Assembly: GCF_009914755.1 (NCBI RefSeq)
Contig: NC_060927.1
DNA from: the human T2T-CHM13v2.0 reference genome, Homo sapiens
Length of the DNA: 64,000 nucleotides
Direction: 5' to 3' (one strand)
A program made the position numbers and the translations under genes. The notes under the pieces are model-generated. The model did no database searches and was not told where the DNA came from. It saw nothing but the letters and a program-made list of their open reading frames with translations. Shown one piece after another: positions 26,961 to 41,363 of this stretch; positions within the stretch are counted from its first letter, which is position 1, and each line of letters begins with the position of its first letter.

Positions 26961-29809
26961 TGGGTCACAGAGTTAAGTTCTATTTCTAAGCTCATTTTAA
27001 AGATGAGGAAACTGAGGCACAGAGAGATCAAATCTGCCCAGCCGCAAGGAACATGGTGGCTTTCCTATACTCCTAACCTCTGTTCTGGGCCGGGCCTGGC
27101 ACTATGTTTCTCTCTGCTCTCCCCTGGGCCCACTCTGCACATGCTCCTCTTTCTCCTGAAGCCCTCCCAGGCTGCTCCCCTTCCCCCGCTCTCCTTGCCA
27201 CTCTCAGCCTGTATCTCAGGTTCTACTGACCTCCTCTCAGGTACATTCTCATCTACACATTTTCAGCTAGTTCACTGTCCAAGATTTTCCTCCAAGATCA
27301 AAAATCAAGAGGAGACATTTCTCTCTCAAGGCAAAATCCTGAAAAACTGTCAAGGATGATAACACAGAGATATTGTCCTAATGTCGTTTATAACATTGAA
27401 AAATTGAGAACAGCATTAGTGTTCAGTAATAAGGGATCTGTTAACAAAATAAGGAGTATCATGCAACCATTAAAAATGCATATTTCTGGAAGGCTTTAGA
27501 GAGGGAATATGTTAAGGGAGAAAATGAGACTCACATTCGATATAGCACAAGGGCGAATGGGAGGGATGTGGGGGTCTATGGGCAAGTTATCACTGACCCT
27601 ATTAAGAATTGCTGTCGCTGGGTAATGATAAAAAGCAGACCACTTTTATTTGATTTTATTATTGTTTTAAAATTTGCTACAGATGATCTACCTCCTTGTC
27701 GCCTGTACCCAGGGGCAACTGCTCTCACCAGGCCTCCCCACTTGGTATGTCACTGCTGTCATTTTGTCCATCGTGTGCCATTTAATTGCTCATTCAAAAT
27801 CTTTCTTATAGAACTTCAATCACTGTGAGATCATTTCTCTGCTGATTAAGGAGGTTGAACATACTTTCATGTGCTTATTGGCCATTGATATGTCTTCTTT
27901 TGTGATTCAAAATAATTTTTTTTTCTTTTTAATGCTGAATTGTAGGCGTTCTTTATGTGTTCTCGATACAAGTTCTTAGTGGAACATCTTAACAAACTGT
28001 GGCTTGTTTTTCATGTTTTTAAAATTTTATGAGCCCAAAATTTTAATTTTCTTAAAGTTCAATTCATTAATTTTTAAATTTCATAATTAGTGCTTCAGTG
28101 TCCTGTTTTTAAGAAATCTCTGCTTACACCAAAATGCCAAAAGTATTCTGCTTTTTTTGGAGATGTTTCATAGTTTTAGCATTTAGTTTGATATCTAGGA
28201 TTCATCTCAAATTAGTTTTTGTGAATTGTGTGAGATAGGAGTTGTCATTCATTTTTTTCTAGATGGTTGTGTAGTTATTCCAGCACTATTTATTGAAAAG
28301 ACTTTTCTTTTGCCATTGATTCGCTTTGGTGCCTTTGTCAAACTTTGATTATACATACCAGATGCTTCTAGATTCTATTCTGTTCTCTTGATCAGGTAAT
28401 TTTGTCTATCCAATAAACTTAGTAAAATACAAGTAATTTCATAGTAAGTCTTAAAATCAAACAGTATAAGTCCTCCCTATTTGTTTTCTTTTAAAAGATT
28501 GTTTTAAATAATGTAGGTTCTTTGAATTTTCATATAAACTTTAGAATCAACTTTTCAATACCTACAAAAATCCTTATTGGGAATTTTATTGAAATAGTGC
28601 TGGGTCTAGAAATCAATTTTGCAGAATTGATATTGTAACAATATTGTCTTCTAGTGCATGAATATGGTAAAAAGTCTCCATTTGTTTTCAGTCATCTTTA
28701 ATTTCTCTCAGCAATGCTTTAGATTTTTAATGTGGAAGTTATAAATGTCTTTTGTTATTTTTTCCTGAGTGTTTTATATTTTATCTCATTATTAATGGAA
28801 TTATCTTCATTATTTCATTTCCAATTTCTTGCTACTGGAATACAGAGATACAATTAACTTTGTATATTGACCTACAACCTTACTAAATATACTTAATACA
28901 CTTGTTAGATCTAGTAGCCATTTTTAAACTATTCCTTATGGTTTTCTATATAAACAGTCATATTGTCTAAAAATAATGTCAATTTTACTCCTTCTTTTCC
29001 ACAACTTCATAGCTTTATTTTTCTTTTTTAATGAACTGGATAAGATATCTAATACAATTTTGAGTAGAAGAGGTAAAAGTGGTCATCCCAACCTTGTTCC
29101 CAATATTAAGATGTAAAGCATTTGAATTTTTACCATTACATAAGATCTAACCTTAAGTTTTACATAGATGCCTAGTGCTAGGTTGGCTGAGGAGTTTTCA
29201 TTCTTTTTCTTGTTTACTTATTTTACTTTCCTCCCATAAATGGATATTCAATTTATCAAATGCTTTGTCTGCAGCTATTGAGATAATCATATGATTTTTG
29301 TTCTTTTCCTGTTAAAATTGTAACATATTTTCTATTACTTTTTTAAAGATTTTTGTATCTAATTTCTTGAGAAAGTTTGGTAATTTTCTTTTCTGTAATG
29401 TCTTTGTCACTTTTGGCATCAGAAATGATTGACCACGTAAAGTGAGTTGGGAAGTAATTCTTGCTCCTCCTCTATTTTATGAAAGAGTTTGTAGGAGATT
29501 GGCATTATTTTTTCCTTTAATGTTTGGTAGAATTCTTCAGTGAAGCTGTCTGAAGCTGGAGGAGTTTTTTTGTTGTTTTATTTGTTTGTTTGTTTTTGTG
29601 GGAAGGGCTTTAACCACAAATTTGATTTTCTTAATAGATATAGGGCTATTCAGGTTATCTATTTTTTCTTGAGTGAGCTTTGGTAGTGAGTTTTTTTCCT
29701 TGTATCTTTCAAGGGATTTGTGCCTTTCATCTAAGGTGTTAAATCTATTGGCATAAAGTTTTTCATAAGATTCTCTGAGTGTCCTCCAGAAATTCATAGA
29801 ATCTGTAAT

Positions 29810-30162
29810 TGTATTAGTGTTTTCTCACATTGCTATAAAGGAATACCTGCTACTGGGTAATTTAGAAAGGAAAGAGGTTTAATTGGCTTATGGTTCTGCA
29901 GGCTGTACGGGGAGCATGGTGGCATCTGCTTCAGGGGAGGCCTGAGGGAGAAAGGGGGTGGTGGGGTGGAGGTGCCACACACTTTTAAACAACCAGATAT
30001 CACAAGCACTCACTTTCTCTAAGACAACGCCAAGGGGGATGGTGTTAAACCGTGAAAAACCACACCTATGATCCAATCCCCTCCCACCAAGCCCCACCTC
30101 CAACGCTGGGGATTACAATTCAACATGAGATTTGAGAGGGGACACAGATCCAAACCAAATCA
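29810..30162 (-). mobile_element. MSTA-type MaLR solo LTR
   Basis: TGTATTAG...CTGGGTAATTT...GGGGATTACAATTCAACATGAGATTTG...CCAAACCAAATCA. Confidence 0.9.
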
Positions 30163-31897
30163 GAAGTGGTATCACTTTTCTATTTCCTGATAGAGATAGT
30201 TTGTTTCATGCTTTTTATGAAACCTCTTATCAGTTTGACCAGTAATTTATCAATTTTATTGATCTTGTCCAAGAATCAGTATGTGGGTTTATTAGTTTTT
30301 CTCTATTTTTAAGTTACATTTCATTGATATCTCCTCTGATCTTCATTATTCCCTTCCTTCTGCATGTTCTGGGTTTGTTTGCTTTCCCTTTTCTGATTTC
30401 AAAGGCAGAAGTGGAGGCCATTCATTTAGAACTTTCATTTTTTCCAAATATTGTCATTTTGTGCTAAAAACTCAGTCTAAATACTGGTTTAGTTGCTTTC
30501 CATAAATTTTTAATATATTATGTTTTAACTTTTATTCAGTTAAAAATACTTTTAAATTTTCCCATTAATTTCTTCTCTGACTCAAATATTAGTTTCTAAA
30601 TATTTGGTTATTTTTCATATATATTTCTGTTATTGATTTCTAATTTAATTCCATTGTGGACATATAATATACTTGTATGACCTGAATCCTTTAACATTTA
30701 TAAAAAACTTTTAAAACGATACTGAATAATGACTATCTTGCTTACATTTTCTGTGTCTCTTGAAAAGAATATGTATTCTGCTGTTGTTAGGTGGAGTGTG
30801 CTATTAAATATCAATACAATAATTGGTGAATAGTGTTTTTTAAGCCTTTTATATTTTTATTTTTGTTTACTTGTTCTATCACTTATTGAGAGAAATATTA
30901 AAATCTCTGAGCACAATTGTGTTCCTTTCCCTGCAATTTGATCAGTTTTTTAAAAACTCTGTTATTAGGTGCATAAATGTTTAGGACTATTGTGCCCTCT
31001 TGATGAAATGACTTTTTTATCGTATAGAATGACTTTTTTCATTCTTGTCAATATGCTTTTCTCTAAAACCTACTTTGATTGAGATTAACATAGCGCATCA
31101 GCTTTTTAATTGTTGTTTACTTTAACATGTTTTGTTAAATTTGTTTTATTTTTAACCATTTGTATCTATATATTTAAGGTAGGTTTCTTGTAGGCAACAT
31201 ACAGTTGGTTTTTCCTTTTTTTATCCAATCTGAAAATCTCTGCTTGTTAATTGGGGTGTGTAGGCATCTACATTTAATTATTGGCAATGTTGGAATTAAA
31301 TCTAACATCTTATTTATTTTCTATTTTTTTCCATCAGTTATTTGTTCCCTTTTACTTCTTCTCCTGTCTCCTTTTTGGATTAATTTAGTATTTTGTATGA
31401 TTTGTACTTATCTCCTTTGTAGACTTATTAACTACACCCTTTTCTCTTGTTATTTTAGCTTTAGGGTCTATATTATATATCTTTACCTTACCACAGCCTA
31501 CCTTTAAGTGATACATCATGTCATGTATAAGAACCTTAAGTATATTTTCCATTTCTTCTCTTCCTGCATTTGTGCTATTGTTGTTATACATTATATTTCT
31601 ACATATATAATAAGCACCACAGTATACTGTTATTATTTTTACTTTAAACAATTATTTTAAAGAAATACAAAAAAATTTTAAAAAGTCTTTATATTTACCC
31701 ATGTAGTTAGTATTTTTGGAGCTCTTTCTTACTTTACATAGATCCATATTTTCATCTAGTATCAGTTTCCTTTTGTTTGGTTGACTTCTTTTATTCCTGC
31801 CTAAACTTTTCTTCATCTGAAAACATTTTTATTTCACCTCAATTCAAAAAAAAATTTATTTTCTGGTTAAATATTTCAAAATTGACTTTTTTTCTAA

Positions 31898-32685
<788 letters not shown>

Positions 32686-33122
32686 TAATTTAATTACCAT
32701 GGTCTTTGGTGTGGTTTTCTTGATGTTTCTTGAGCATGTTACGTATTTCTGATTGAGCTTCATGGCTGTGGTCTTATAGTTTTTATCAAATTTGGAAATG
32801 TGCCAGCAGATATTTTTTAAAATATTTTTTCAGTCACTGCCCTACCCCTGAGACTCTAATCTGTACATTTGATTTGGCTGTTTTAAGTTGTCCCAAAGAA
32901 CAAAGCATCCAGTGATGCTTTGTTCTCTCTCCTGCCCCATTTTTTTCTGTGTGTTTTATTTTGGTTAGTTTTTATTGCTGTGACTTCAAGCTCACCAACT
33001 TTATCTTATGCAATGTTTAATCTACCATTAATCATATCCACTGAATTTTTTATCTCAGATATTGTAGTTTCCATCTTTTGAAGTTCAATTTGGGTCTGTA
33101 TAAATATAGACCCAAATTATTT

Positions 33123-33188
33123 ATATGTGTGTGTGTGTGTGTGTGTGTATACAAAAATCTGAGTGTATACACACACACACACACATAT
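33123..33188. repeat. Inverted (TG)n / (CA)n microsatellite pair
   Basis: ATAT(GT)nATACA, a 10-nt spacer, then TGTAT(AC)nATAT. Confidence 0.92.
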
Positions 33189-33321
33189 TTATACATGATT
33201 TTCCATGTCTCTAACATATTCAGTTTTTCCTCTAGTTTCTTGAAAATATGAAATTAAGTCATAATAACTTTTTTAATGTTCTTGTTTACTATTAATACTG
33301 CATCATTTCTGGGTCTGTTTT

Positions 33322-33642
33322 TTGTTTGTTTTGTTTTTGAGAGACAGGATCTCACTGTGTTGCCCAGGCTAGAATGGAGTGGCATGATCATAGCTCACTG
33401 CAACCTTGAACTCCTGGGCTCCAGTGATCCTCCCACCTTAGTCTTCCAAGTAGCTAGGAGACTGCAAGCACAGATCACCATGACTAGCTAGTGTTTTTGG
33501 TTATTATTATTATTTTTTAAAGTAGAGATGACGTCTCTATGTTGCCTAGGCTGGTCTTGAACTCCTGGGCTCAAGTGATCCTCCTGCTTCAGCCTCCCAA
33601 ACAAAGTGCTGGGATCACATGTGTGAGCCACCATGCCAGGCC
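33322..33642 (-). mobile_element. AluJ
   Basis: TSD CTGGGTC(T/A)GTTTT at 33309-33321 and 33643-33655. Confidence 0.93.
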
Positions 33643-34394
33643 CTGGGTCAGTTTTAGTTGATCAATTTTTTCACCTTGTTATGACTTTTTTTTTTTTCAC
33701 ACCTTGCATGCCTACTATTAATACTTTTTTATTGAGTGCCAGACATTTTGAGTTTTAGCTTGTTGGATGCTGGATATTTTTGTACCCCTATAAATATTCT
33801 TTCACTTCTAATTAAGATGCATAAGAAAAACCAGATTTACCCTTACAGATAACCCTTCTTTTTACTCTACCTGATAGATTCATAACTACGAGGCTTTTCA
33901 TCCTAGATTTTGGGAACAGGCACTATTCCTAACTCTATGTGAGCCCTGAGTTCTATTTCAGTAATTCCTTTGTGTTGTCTTTCCCCAGCTTCTGGTATTT
34001 TTCTCACATATGTACACTGACCAGCATTCAGCTAAAGATTTATGGAGAACTCTCTAAGACTCTTCAGAGCTCTCTCTTTGTGTAATTCTCCCCTCTCAAG
34101 TGTTCTGCCCCATGACCTCTAGCTGTCTTGTCCACATTTAACTCTCAGCTCCATCTTCTCAACTCATGAGAGACCACTGGGCTCTCTTTGGGTTCTCCTT
34201 CTTTGTGCCCTGGCTTCGAAATCTTCTCCAGGCAGTAAGCTGGGGGCAATGGTAGGGCTCATCTCATTTGTTTCTAGTCCCCTTTCTGTCCTTCACTGTT
34301 TAATGTCCAATGCCTTGAGTGCTATCATTTAATATATTTTGTCTATTTTTCAGTTGTTTTTGCTGTAAGAATAAATCTGGTCTTTATTCCTCAT

Positions 34395-34757
34395 TGATAT
34401 GGTTTGGCTGTGTCCCCACCCAAATCTCTTCTTGAATTGTAATCCCCATAATCCCCATATGTCGTGGGAGGAATCTGGTGGGAAGTAATTTGATCATGGG
34501 GGTGGTTTCCCCCATGCTGTTCTCATCATAGTGAGTGAGTTCTCATGAGATCTGATGATTTTATAAGTTTCTGGCATTTCCCTTGTTGGCACTTATTCTC
34601 TCCTGCTGCCCTGTGAAGAGGTGTCTTCCGCCACGACTGTAAGTGTCCTTAGGCTTCCCCATCCATGCAGAACTGTGAGTCCATTAAACCTCTTTTCTTT
34701 ACAAATTACCCAGTCTCAGATATTTCTTCATAGCAGCATGAGAATGGACTAATTACA
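34395..34757 (+). mobile_element. THE1C 5' LTR (ERVL-MaLR)
   Basis: TGATATGGTTTGGCTGTGTCCCCACCCAAATCTC...CTGGCATTTCCCTTG...GGACTAATTACA. Confidence 0.92.
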
Positions 34758-36188
34758 ATAAATTGGTACCAAAGCAGTGGGACGCTGCTATAAGGATACC
34801 CAAAAATGTGGAAGTGTTTTTGGAACTGGGTAACAGGCAGAGGTTGGAACAGTTTGGAGGACTCAGAAGAAGAGAGGAAACTGTGGAAAAGTTTGGAACT
34901 TCCTGGAGACTTGTTGAATGGCTTTGACCAAAATGCTGATAGTGATCTGGACAATGAAGTCTAGGCTAAGCTGGTCTCAGGTGGAGATGAGGAACTTCTT
35001 AGGAACTAGAGCAAAGGTGACTCTTGCTATGCTTTAGCAAAGAGACTGGCAGTATTTTGCCCCTGCCCTAGAGATCTGTGGAACTTTGAACTTGAGAGAC
35101 ATAATTTGGGGCATCTGGCGGAAGAAATATCTAAACAACAAAACATTAATCCAACAAATGAGGTGCCAATTCTTTAGGGAGAAAATTGTAAAAGTTTATT
35201 AACAGATACTAAAGAAAACCTAAATAAATATGCAGAGCTATACCATGCTCCAGGATAAAAATACTCAATATCATAAAGACATCATTCTCACCAAAAAAAA
35301 AGAAAAAAGAAAAAAAACATTAAATAGGAAGCAGGGCACAAAAGTTTGGAAAATTTGCAGCCTGATGATGAGATAGAAAAGAAAATCCATTTTCTGGGGA
35401 GTAATTCAAGCTGGCTGCAGAAATTTGCCACAAGTAATGAGCAGCTTTACATTAATCACCAAGACAATGAGGAAAATATCTCCAGGGCATGTCAGATAAC
35501 TTCATGGCAGCCCCTCTCATCACAGGCTCAGAGGCCTAAGAGGGAAAAATGGTTTCATGAGCCTGGCCCAGGACATCACTGCTGTGTGCAGCCTAGGGAC
35601 TTGCTGCCCTGTGTCCCAGCTGCTTCAGCCTCACCTATGGCTAAAAGGGGCCAAGGCACAGCTCAAGCCCTTGCTTCAGAGTATGCAAGCCCCAAGCCTT
35701 GGTAGCTTCCACATGGTGTTGAGCCTGTGGGTGCACAGAAGTCAAGAATTGAAGTTTGGGAACCTCTTCTTGATTTCAAAGGATATGTGGAAAAGCTTGG
35801 ATGTCCAGGCAGATGTCTGCTGCAGGGGCCCTCATGGAGAACCTCTGCTAGGGAAGTGTGGAAGGGAAAGTGGGGTTGGAGCCCTGGCACAGAGTCCCCA
35901 CTGGGACACTGCCTAGTGGAGCTGTGAGAAGAGGGCCACTGTCCTCCAGACCCCAGAATGGTAGATCCACCAACAGCTTGCACCATGTGCTTGGAAAAGC
36001 TGCACTCAATGCCAGCCCATGAAAGCAGTCATGAGGGGGCCTGGATCCTGCAAAGCCACAGGGGCAGAGCTGCTCAAGGCCATGGGAGTCTCCTTCTTGC
36101 ATCAGCATGACTTGGTTGTGAGACATGAAGTCAAAGGAGATCATTTTGGAACTTTAAGATTCAATGACTGCCCTACTGGATTTCGAAT
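34758..36188 (+). mobile_element. THE1 internal region, 3'-truncated, no 3' LTR
   Basis: AAATTGGTACC...TTTGGAACTGGGTAACAGGCAGAGGTTGGAACAGTTTGGAGG...GGAGATCATTTTGGAACTTTAAGATT, then an abrupt end. Confidence 0.92.
35150..35313 (+). mobile_element. Polyadenylated old L1M ORF2 fragment inserted in THE1-int
   Basis: AAAGAAAACCTAAATAAA...TATACCATGCTCCAGGATA..ACTCAATATCATAAAGAC, an A-tail, and flanking AAAACATTAA direct repeat. Confidence 0.75.
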
Positions 36189-36199
36189 TCACTATACAT

Positions 36200-38265
36200 G
36201 TTTGTTTTTTTTTTTTAGTAATTTCTCTAGGGTTTACAATAAATATGTTTAATTTCTCACAGTCTACTTTCAACTTGTATTTTACTACCTTATGTATTAT
36301 GTAAAAACTTTATAGCAATACACCTGCATTTTTCTTCTTCCATTCTTTGCACTTAGTTGATATACATTCTATTTTGTTAAATATTATAAACTCCACAATA
36401 TTGTTTCAACAGCCAATGATCTTTTAAGTAAATTAAACAAAAGTAAATAAATCCCTTTATATTTATTTACATAATTGTTATTTATGACATTTTAAATTTC
36501 TTTGCTTAGATCTGAGTTTCTATCTTTTACTTTTATCCTCCTGCATAAAGTACTTTCTTTAATATTTTTCATAGCACATTTCTGCTGATAAGTTTGCTCA
36601 GATTTTGTTTGGTGAATGTTGTTATTTTGCCTTTAGTTTTGATATTTTTGCTAGATGTAGACTTCAGAGCTGAGAGAGTATTATTTTCTCATTGTTGTTT
36701 TCCTTCTGTACTTTAAAATCCATTTTATTGATTCCGGGCCTTCATTGTTTCTGAAGAGTTCAGCTGTCATTCATATCATTGTTTGCCTTGTATGTAATCT
36801 GCTTTTGTCCTCTAGCTACTTTTAAATTTTTTCTCTGTATTGTTCATTTTCAAGTTTGACCATCCCATGCCTGAATGTAGATCTATGTGTATTTATGTGT
36901 ATACCATGTGTATTTGTGATTCAATGTGTTTACTGAGCATTTTTGATTGGTATTTTAATGGTTTTCACTAACTCTGGGAAATTTTCTAGCCATCACTTCT
37001 TTAAATATTTTTTTTCTGTTCCATTTCTCATCTCTTCCCCTCTGACACCTTAATTTCACATATGTCAGACTGCCTGGTATTTCCCTACACATCATGGAGA
37101 ATCTGTTTAATCTTTTTTATCTCTTTAAACTGTTTCAAGTTGAACAATCTCAAAAGGCCTATTTTCAAGTTCATTAACCCATTCTCATGTAGTCTGCAAT
37201 CTGCTATTAAGCTCATCTAGTAGAATTTTTAATTCTACACATTTTTCTTTGCGGTTTTGGTAATTCTGTTTGGTTCTTTTTTATTGTTTCCATTTCTCTG
37301 CTGAGATTTCCTATATTTTTATTTAAATCACTGAATGTGTTAATAACTTTTACATTTGAAGTCTGGTCTGTTAATTCTAACACCTGGAGCATCTCAGGGT
37401 CTATTTCTATTGATTGATTTTTTTTTTCTTGAATTTAACTGGGTCACATTTTCCTATATCTTCATGTCTGATAATTTTTTATTGTTTGTTCTCTGACATG
37501 GATAATATAGGGAGTCCAGATTTTGTCACCTTCTTTTAAAGGACATTGAATTTTGTTCTTGAAGGCAGTTAAGTGTTTGGAATATAATTTTGGTCCTGTT
37601 AGAGTTGTTTCTTTTTCTTTGTGAAAGTGGGCGTATTTTTTTTTATTCCATTTCCCCTCTAATCCCTGCATTGTTGAAGGGATCTATTTTTGTATTGAGC
37701 TTAGGTTTAGAGCTGGCCCTTACTATACAGCATGGTTCTTCATCTCAAGGCATAACCTTTTTAGAATCTCAACTGAATCTTCAAAATGTTCTGCTTGGGA
37801 CAGAAGTCCAACGTCTCTCAGCAAAGCAGGACTTCTGGTTTCTCTGTTCAGCTCCCAGTCCTGCAGCATGTGACCCTTGCTAGGCCTTGTGTATGGGCAG
37901 CTGAGTTCTCAGCCACAGACCCACAGTCCATCCCCATGCAGACTTCAGTGGCCTGATTTTCTGTGCAGTATCTTCTTTTCTGATATCCCACCCCACAAAT
38001 TTCAGCCATGTCTGTATCCCAAAGCTTCAATCTCTGCCTCCTTAGCTCTTTTTATTGCAGCAGGAGAATTTCCTTGGGAAAAAAACTGGGGTGACCATGG
38101 AACTCACGTCATATAGTTCACTTGTCTCCCAAATCACATTCCCCTATTGCCTATTGCTCCGTGTCTGAAAACATTTGCCTCATGTGTTTTTCCCCATTTG
38201 TAGTTGTTTTAAGTGAAGGCAAGTTATGTACCAGTTACTATGTCAGGATCAGACACAGAAATCCC
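36200..38265 (-). mobile_element. Decayed L1M ORF1 / 5' region
   Basis: GGGAAATTTTCTAGCCATCACTTCTTTAAATAT, GCCTATTTTCAAGTTCA; 5'-end-like GTACCAGTTACT. Confidence 0.75.
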
Positions 38266-38829
38266 CATGTGTTTTTAATTCTTTGCAAGATTAGTCTTCC
38301 TGATGATGCAGAGTGGTAGGATCCAATTTCTCTTAAACCATTGTAATATTCTTTAACAAGACCCCTTTGCTTAAAGCAAGGAAGTCATGTGTCACTCAAC
38401 CTTGGCTGACTGAATGATTTAACTGAGAAAGTTTATAGGGATTAACTAGAAACTGGCCAACATGTACTATAAAAAAAGAAATGGTTGCTTTATTACTAAA
38501 CACAATCTTTTCTGACTGCAAACTCCCAAAAAGGGAGATGTTCAGCATTGGGCAGACTTATTCTACTAATTTTCTCTCTTACACCCAGGAAATAAACGTG
38601 GTGTTGGACTGCATGGAACCACTGTTTTCCACTATACTCATCACCTTCTGCTGAATCTCTCTTTCTAGGTTAACAGAAAATTGGGCTCCATGTGAAACCT
38701 GTAAGCACTGAATGTACTTGCAAAAACCTATCTTAGCATAAGTTGTCACTTTGTCACTGCCCAGTGTAAATTAGTCTCATGTGTTATTCTTGCCTTCAGC
38801 TCCCTCTTCTTTTACTTCAGAGCTCTTAA

Positions 38830-38996
38830 AATTATTTGTAATTACACATATATGTATTGCTCATTTTTAGCCTCTCCCAGTAGATTATAAGCTCTGTGAG
38901 GGCAAAAACCTTGTGTGAAGCCCCAGTCTAGCATAGTGACTGATAAATAGGAGGAGCCAAGAATAATTTGTTGAATGAATGATTAAATGAATGAAT
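38830..38996 (+). mobile_element. L2 3' end
   Basis: TAGATTATAAGCTCTGTGAGGGCA...TTTGTTGAATGAATGA. Confidence 0.75.
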
Positions 38997-39240
38997 CCAC
39001 AAATAAGCAGATCCTTTTGGTATTAGACTAAAATAGATGAAAACAGAAGGCCTTAAAGATTAAAAGAGAAATAAATTAGCTCCTAAATACCCATGGTTTT
39101 TATTCTTCAAGGCACAAAGACCTCTTAGCCAGAGATGCCTGTGAGGAGCAACTTTCAATAGGAAACTGAAGAATTGATCACAAGATGTTGCTGTTACTGA
39201 GAACTGGCCATGAGAGCATCTGCCCATTCTGTAGGGGCAG

Positions 39241-39858
<618 letters not shown>

Positions 39859-40105
39859 GGCAGCTATGGTCAAACCAGGCTTTTGTGACACACTAGATTT
39901 GGACTCCCCAGTTTGTATCCTATAATTTCTCTCCCAACAGCAGCACATACTAGGAAAGAACTTCCTGCTGTCTATGAGAGGGCTCAGCATGCATGGATTT
40001 TAATGACTCCCAGGACACTAAAGGCTCTACATGTGGCCCAGATGACATCTTGTCTTCTCTTGGTTATGGTGGCAAATGAAAACACCAACAAAGGCAGGGT
40101 ACTCT

Positions 40106-40387
40106 ATTTTTTTTTTTTTAGAGACAGAGTCTCGCTCTGTGTAGTGGCACAATCTCAGCTCACTGCAAGCTCTACCTCCTGGGTTCACCCACCATTCTCC
40201 TGCCTCAGCCTCCTGAGTAGCTGGGACTACAGGTGCCTACCACTATGCCCAGCTAATTTTTATATTTTTAGTAGAGACGGGGTTTCACTGTGTTAGCCAA
40301 GATGGTCTCGATTTCCCGACCTCGTGATCCGCCTGCCTTGTCCTCCCAAAGTGCTGGGATTATAGGCATGAGCCACCGCGCCCAGCC
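40106..40387 (-). mobile_element. AluY-like with a short right-arm deletion
   Basis: TGCAAGCTC, CCATTCTCC, GACCTCGTGATCCGCC; TSD AGGGTACTCT. Confidence 0.9.
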
Positions 40388-41251
40388 AAGGGTACTCTTT
40401 GACTGAAGGAGCCCTGGACACAGAACACTAAGGACCATTTGGTGAAAACTTCTCATCTTATGTGTGTGGAAGCTTAGTCTAGAGACCAAGGTGGGACAGA
40501 ATGACCCCTAGATCACATAATGGTAAAAGACATCATGAGGACTAATTTCCAGGACCTCAACCTTCTAGTTCAGGCTGTATTGTTTATTTGTTTCCCTCCC
40601 CTTTACCTTTCCATCCATCCAGGCTGGATTTTATCTTGGATCACCTTAAAGAAAGAGCATGACATTTTCTAATCCAGTGTGACAGGACAAAGTCTGAAAA
40701 GATGCCTTTCTGTTTTGGCAACACACTCCTAAGTAAGTTTGACATTTCCAGAGAAATGACACCTTGGTCAAAAGTCCAATGACAGTTTGGAATCAGAAAA
40801 GACTGTACTGCAGAGTATGGTAGCAAGGAGCAAGCACTAGCTCAGGAATTTAGAGGCCTGGGCACAGCCTGTTTCTGACTATTGTGTCAACAAGGGGAAG
40901 TCCTTTCTTTCTCTGCCTCTTAGTTTCAGCATTCATAAAATTAGAGGCTGGAATAGATAAAGGATAGAATCTCTGCCATTCCATTGTACTTACATGTTGT
41001 TCTAAACCAGGAGCACGGTTGGAGGAAACGTATACTGCTACTGTATAGATTTGTAGAATCTGTTTCTCTGTATGTTCTCAGAAACAGAAAAGATCCCTAT
41101 TTCTGAAGAAATACACATACGAACGCCTACATGTGCATCGGAAATAAACAGTCTGAAAAGTCGGTTGATGTGGACATCCTGGAGAAATCTACAAAGCTGC
41201 TGCCATCCCAAAGGCCATTTCCTACCACAGGGCAGATGAGCATCAGCTTCC

Positions 41252-41363
41252 CCAGAAGACCCCTCCAGTGGGGTTTAGGCTATCAGGATTCCAGAAGACC
41301 CCTCCAGTGGGGTTTAGGCTATCAGGATTCCAGAAGACCCCTCCAGTGGGGTTTAGGCTATCA
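41252..41363. repeat. 39-bp minisatellite, about 2.9 identical copies
   Basis: CCAGAAGACCCCTCCAGTGGGGTTTAGGCTATCAGGATT starts at 41252, 41291 and 41330. Confidence 0.97.

Noticed and set aside
29537-29797. ORF2p-like peptide (also 5098-5283)
   Set aside because: Short remnants of dead L1s, not functional CDS
35346-36252. Overlapping ORFs of up to about 120 aa
   Set aside because: Fragments of the decayed THE1 internal region
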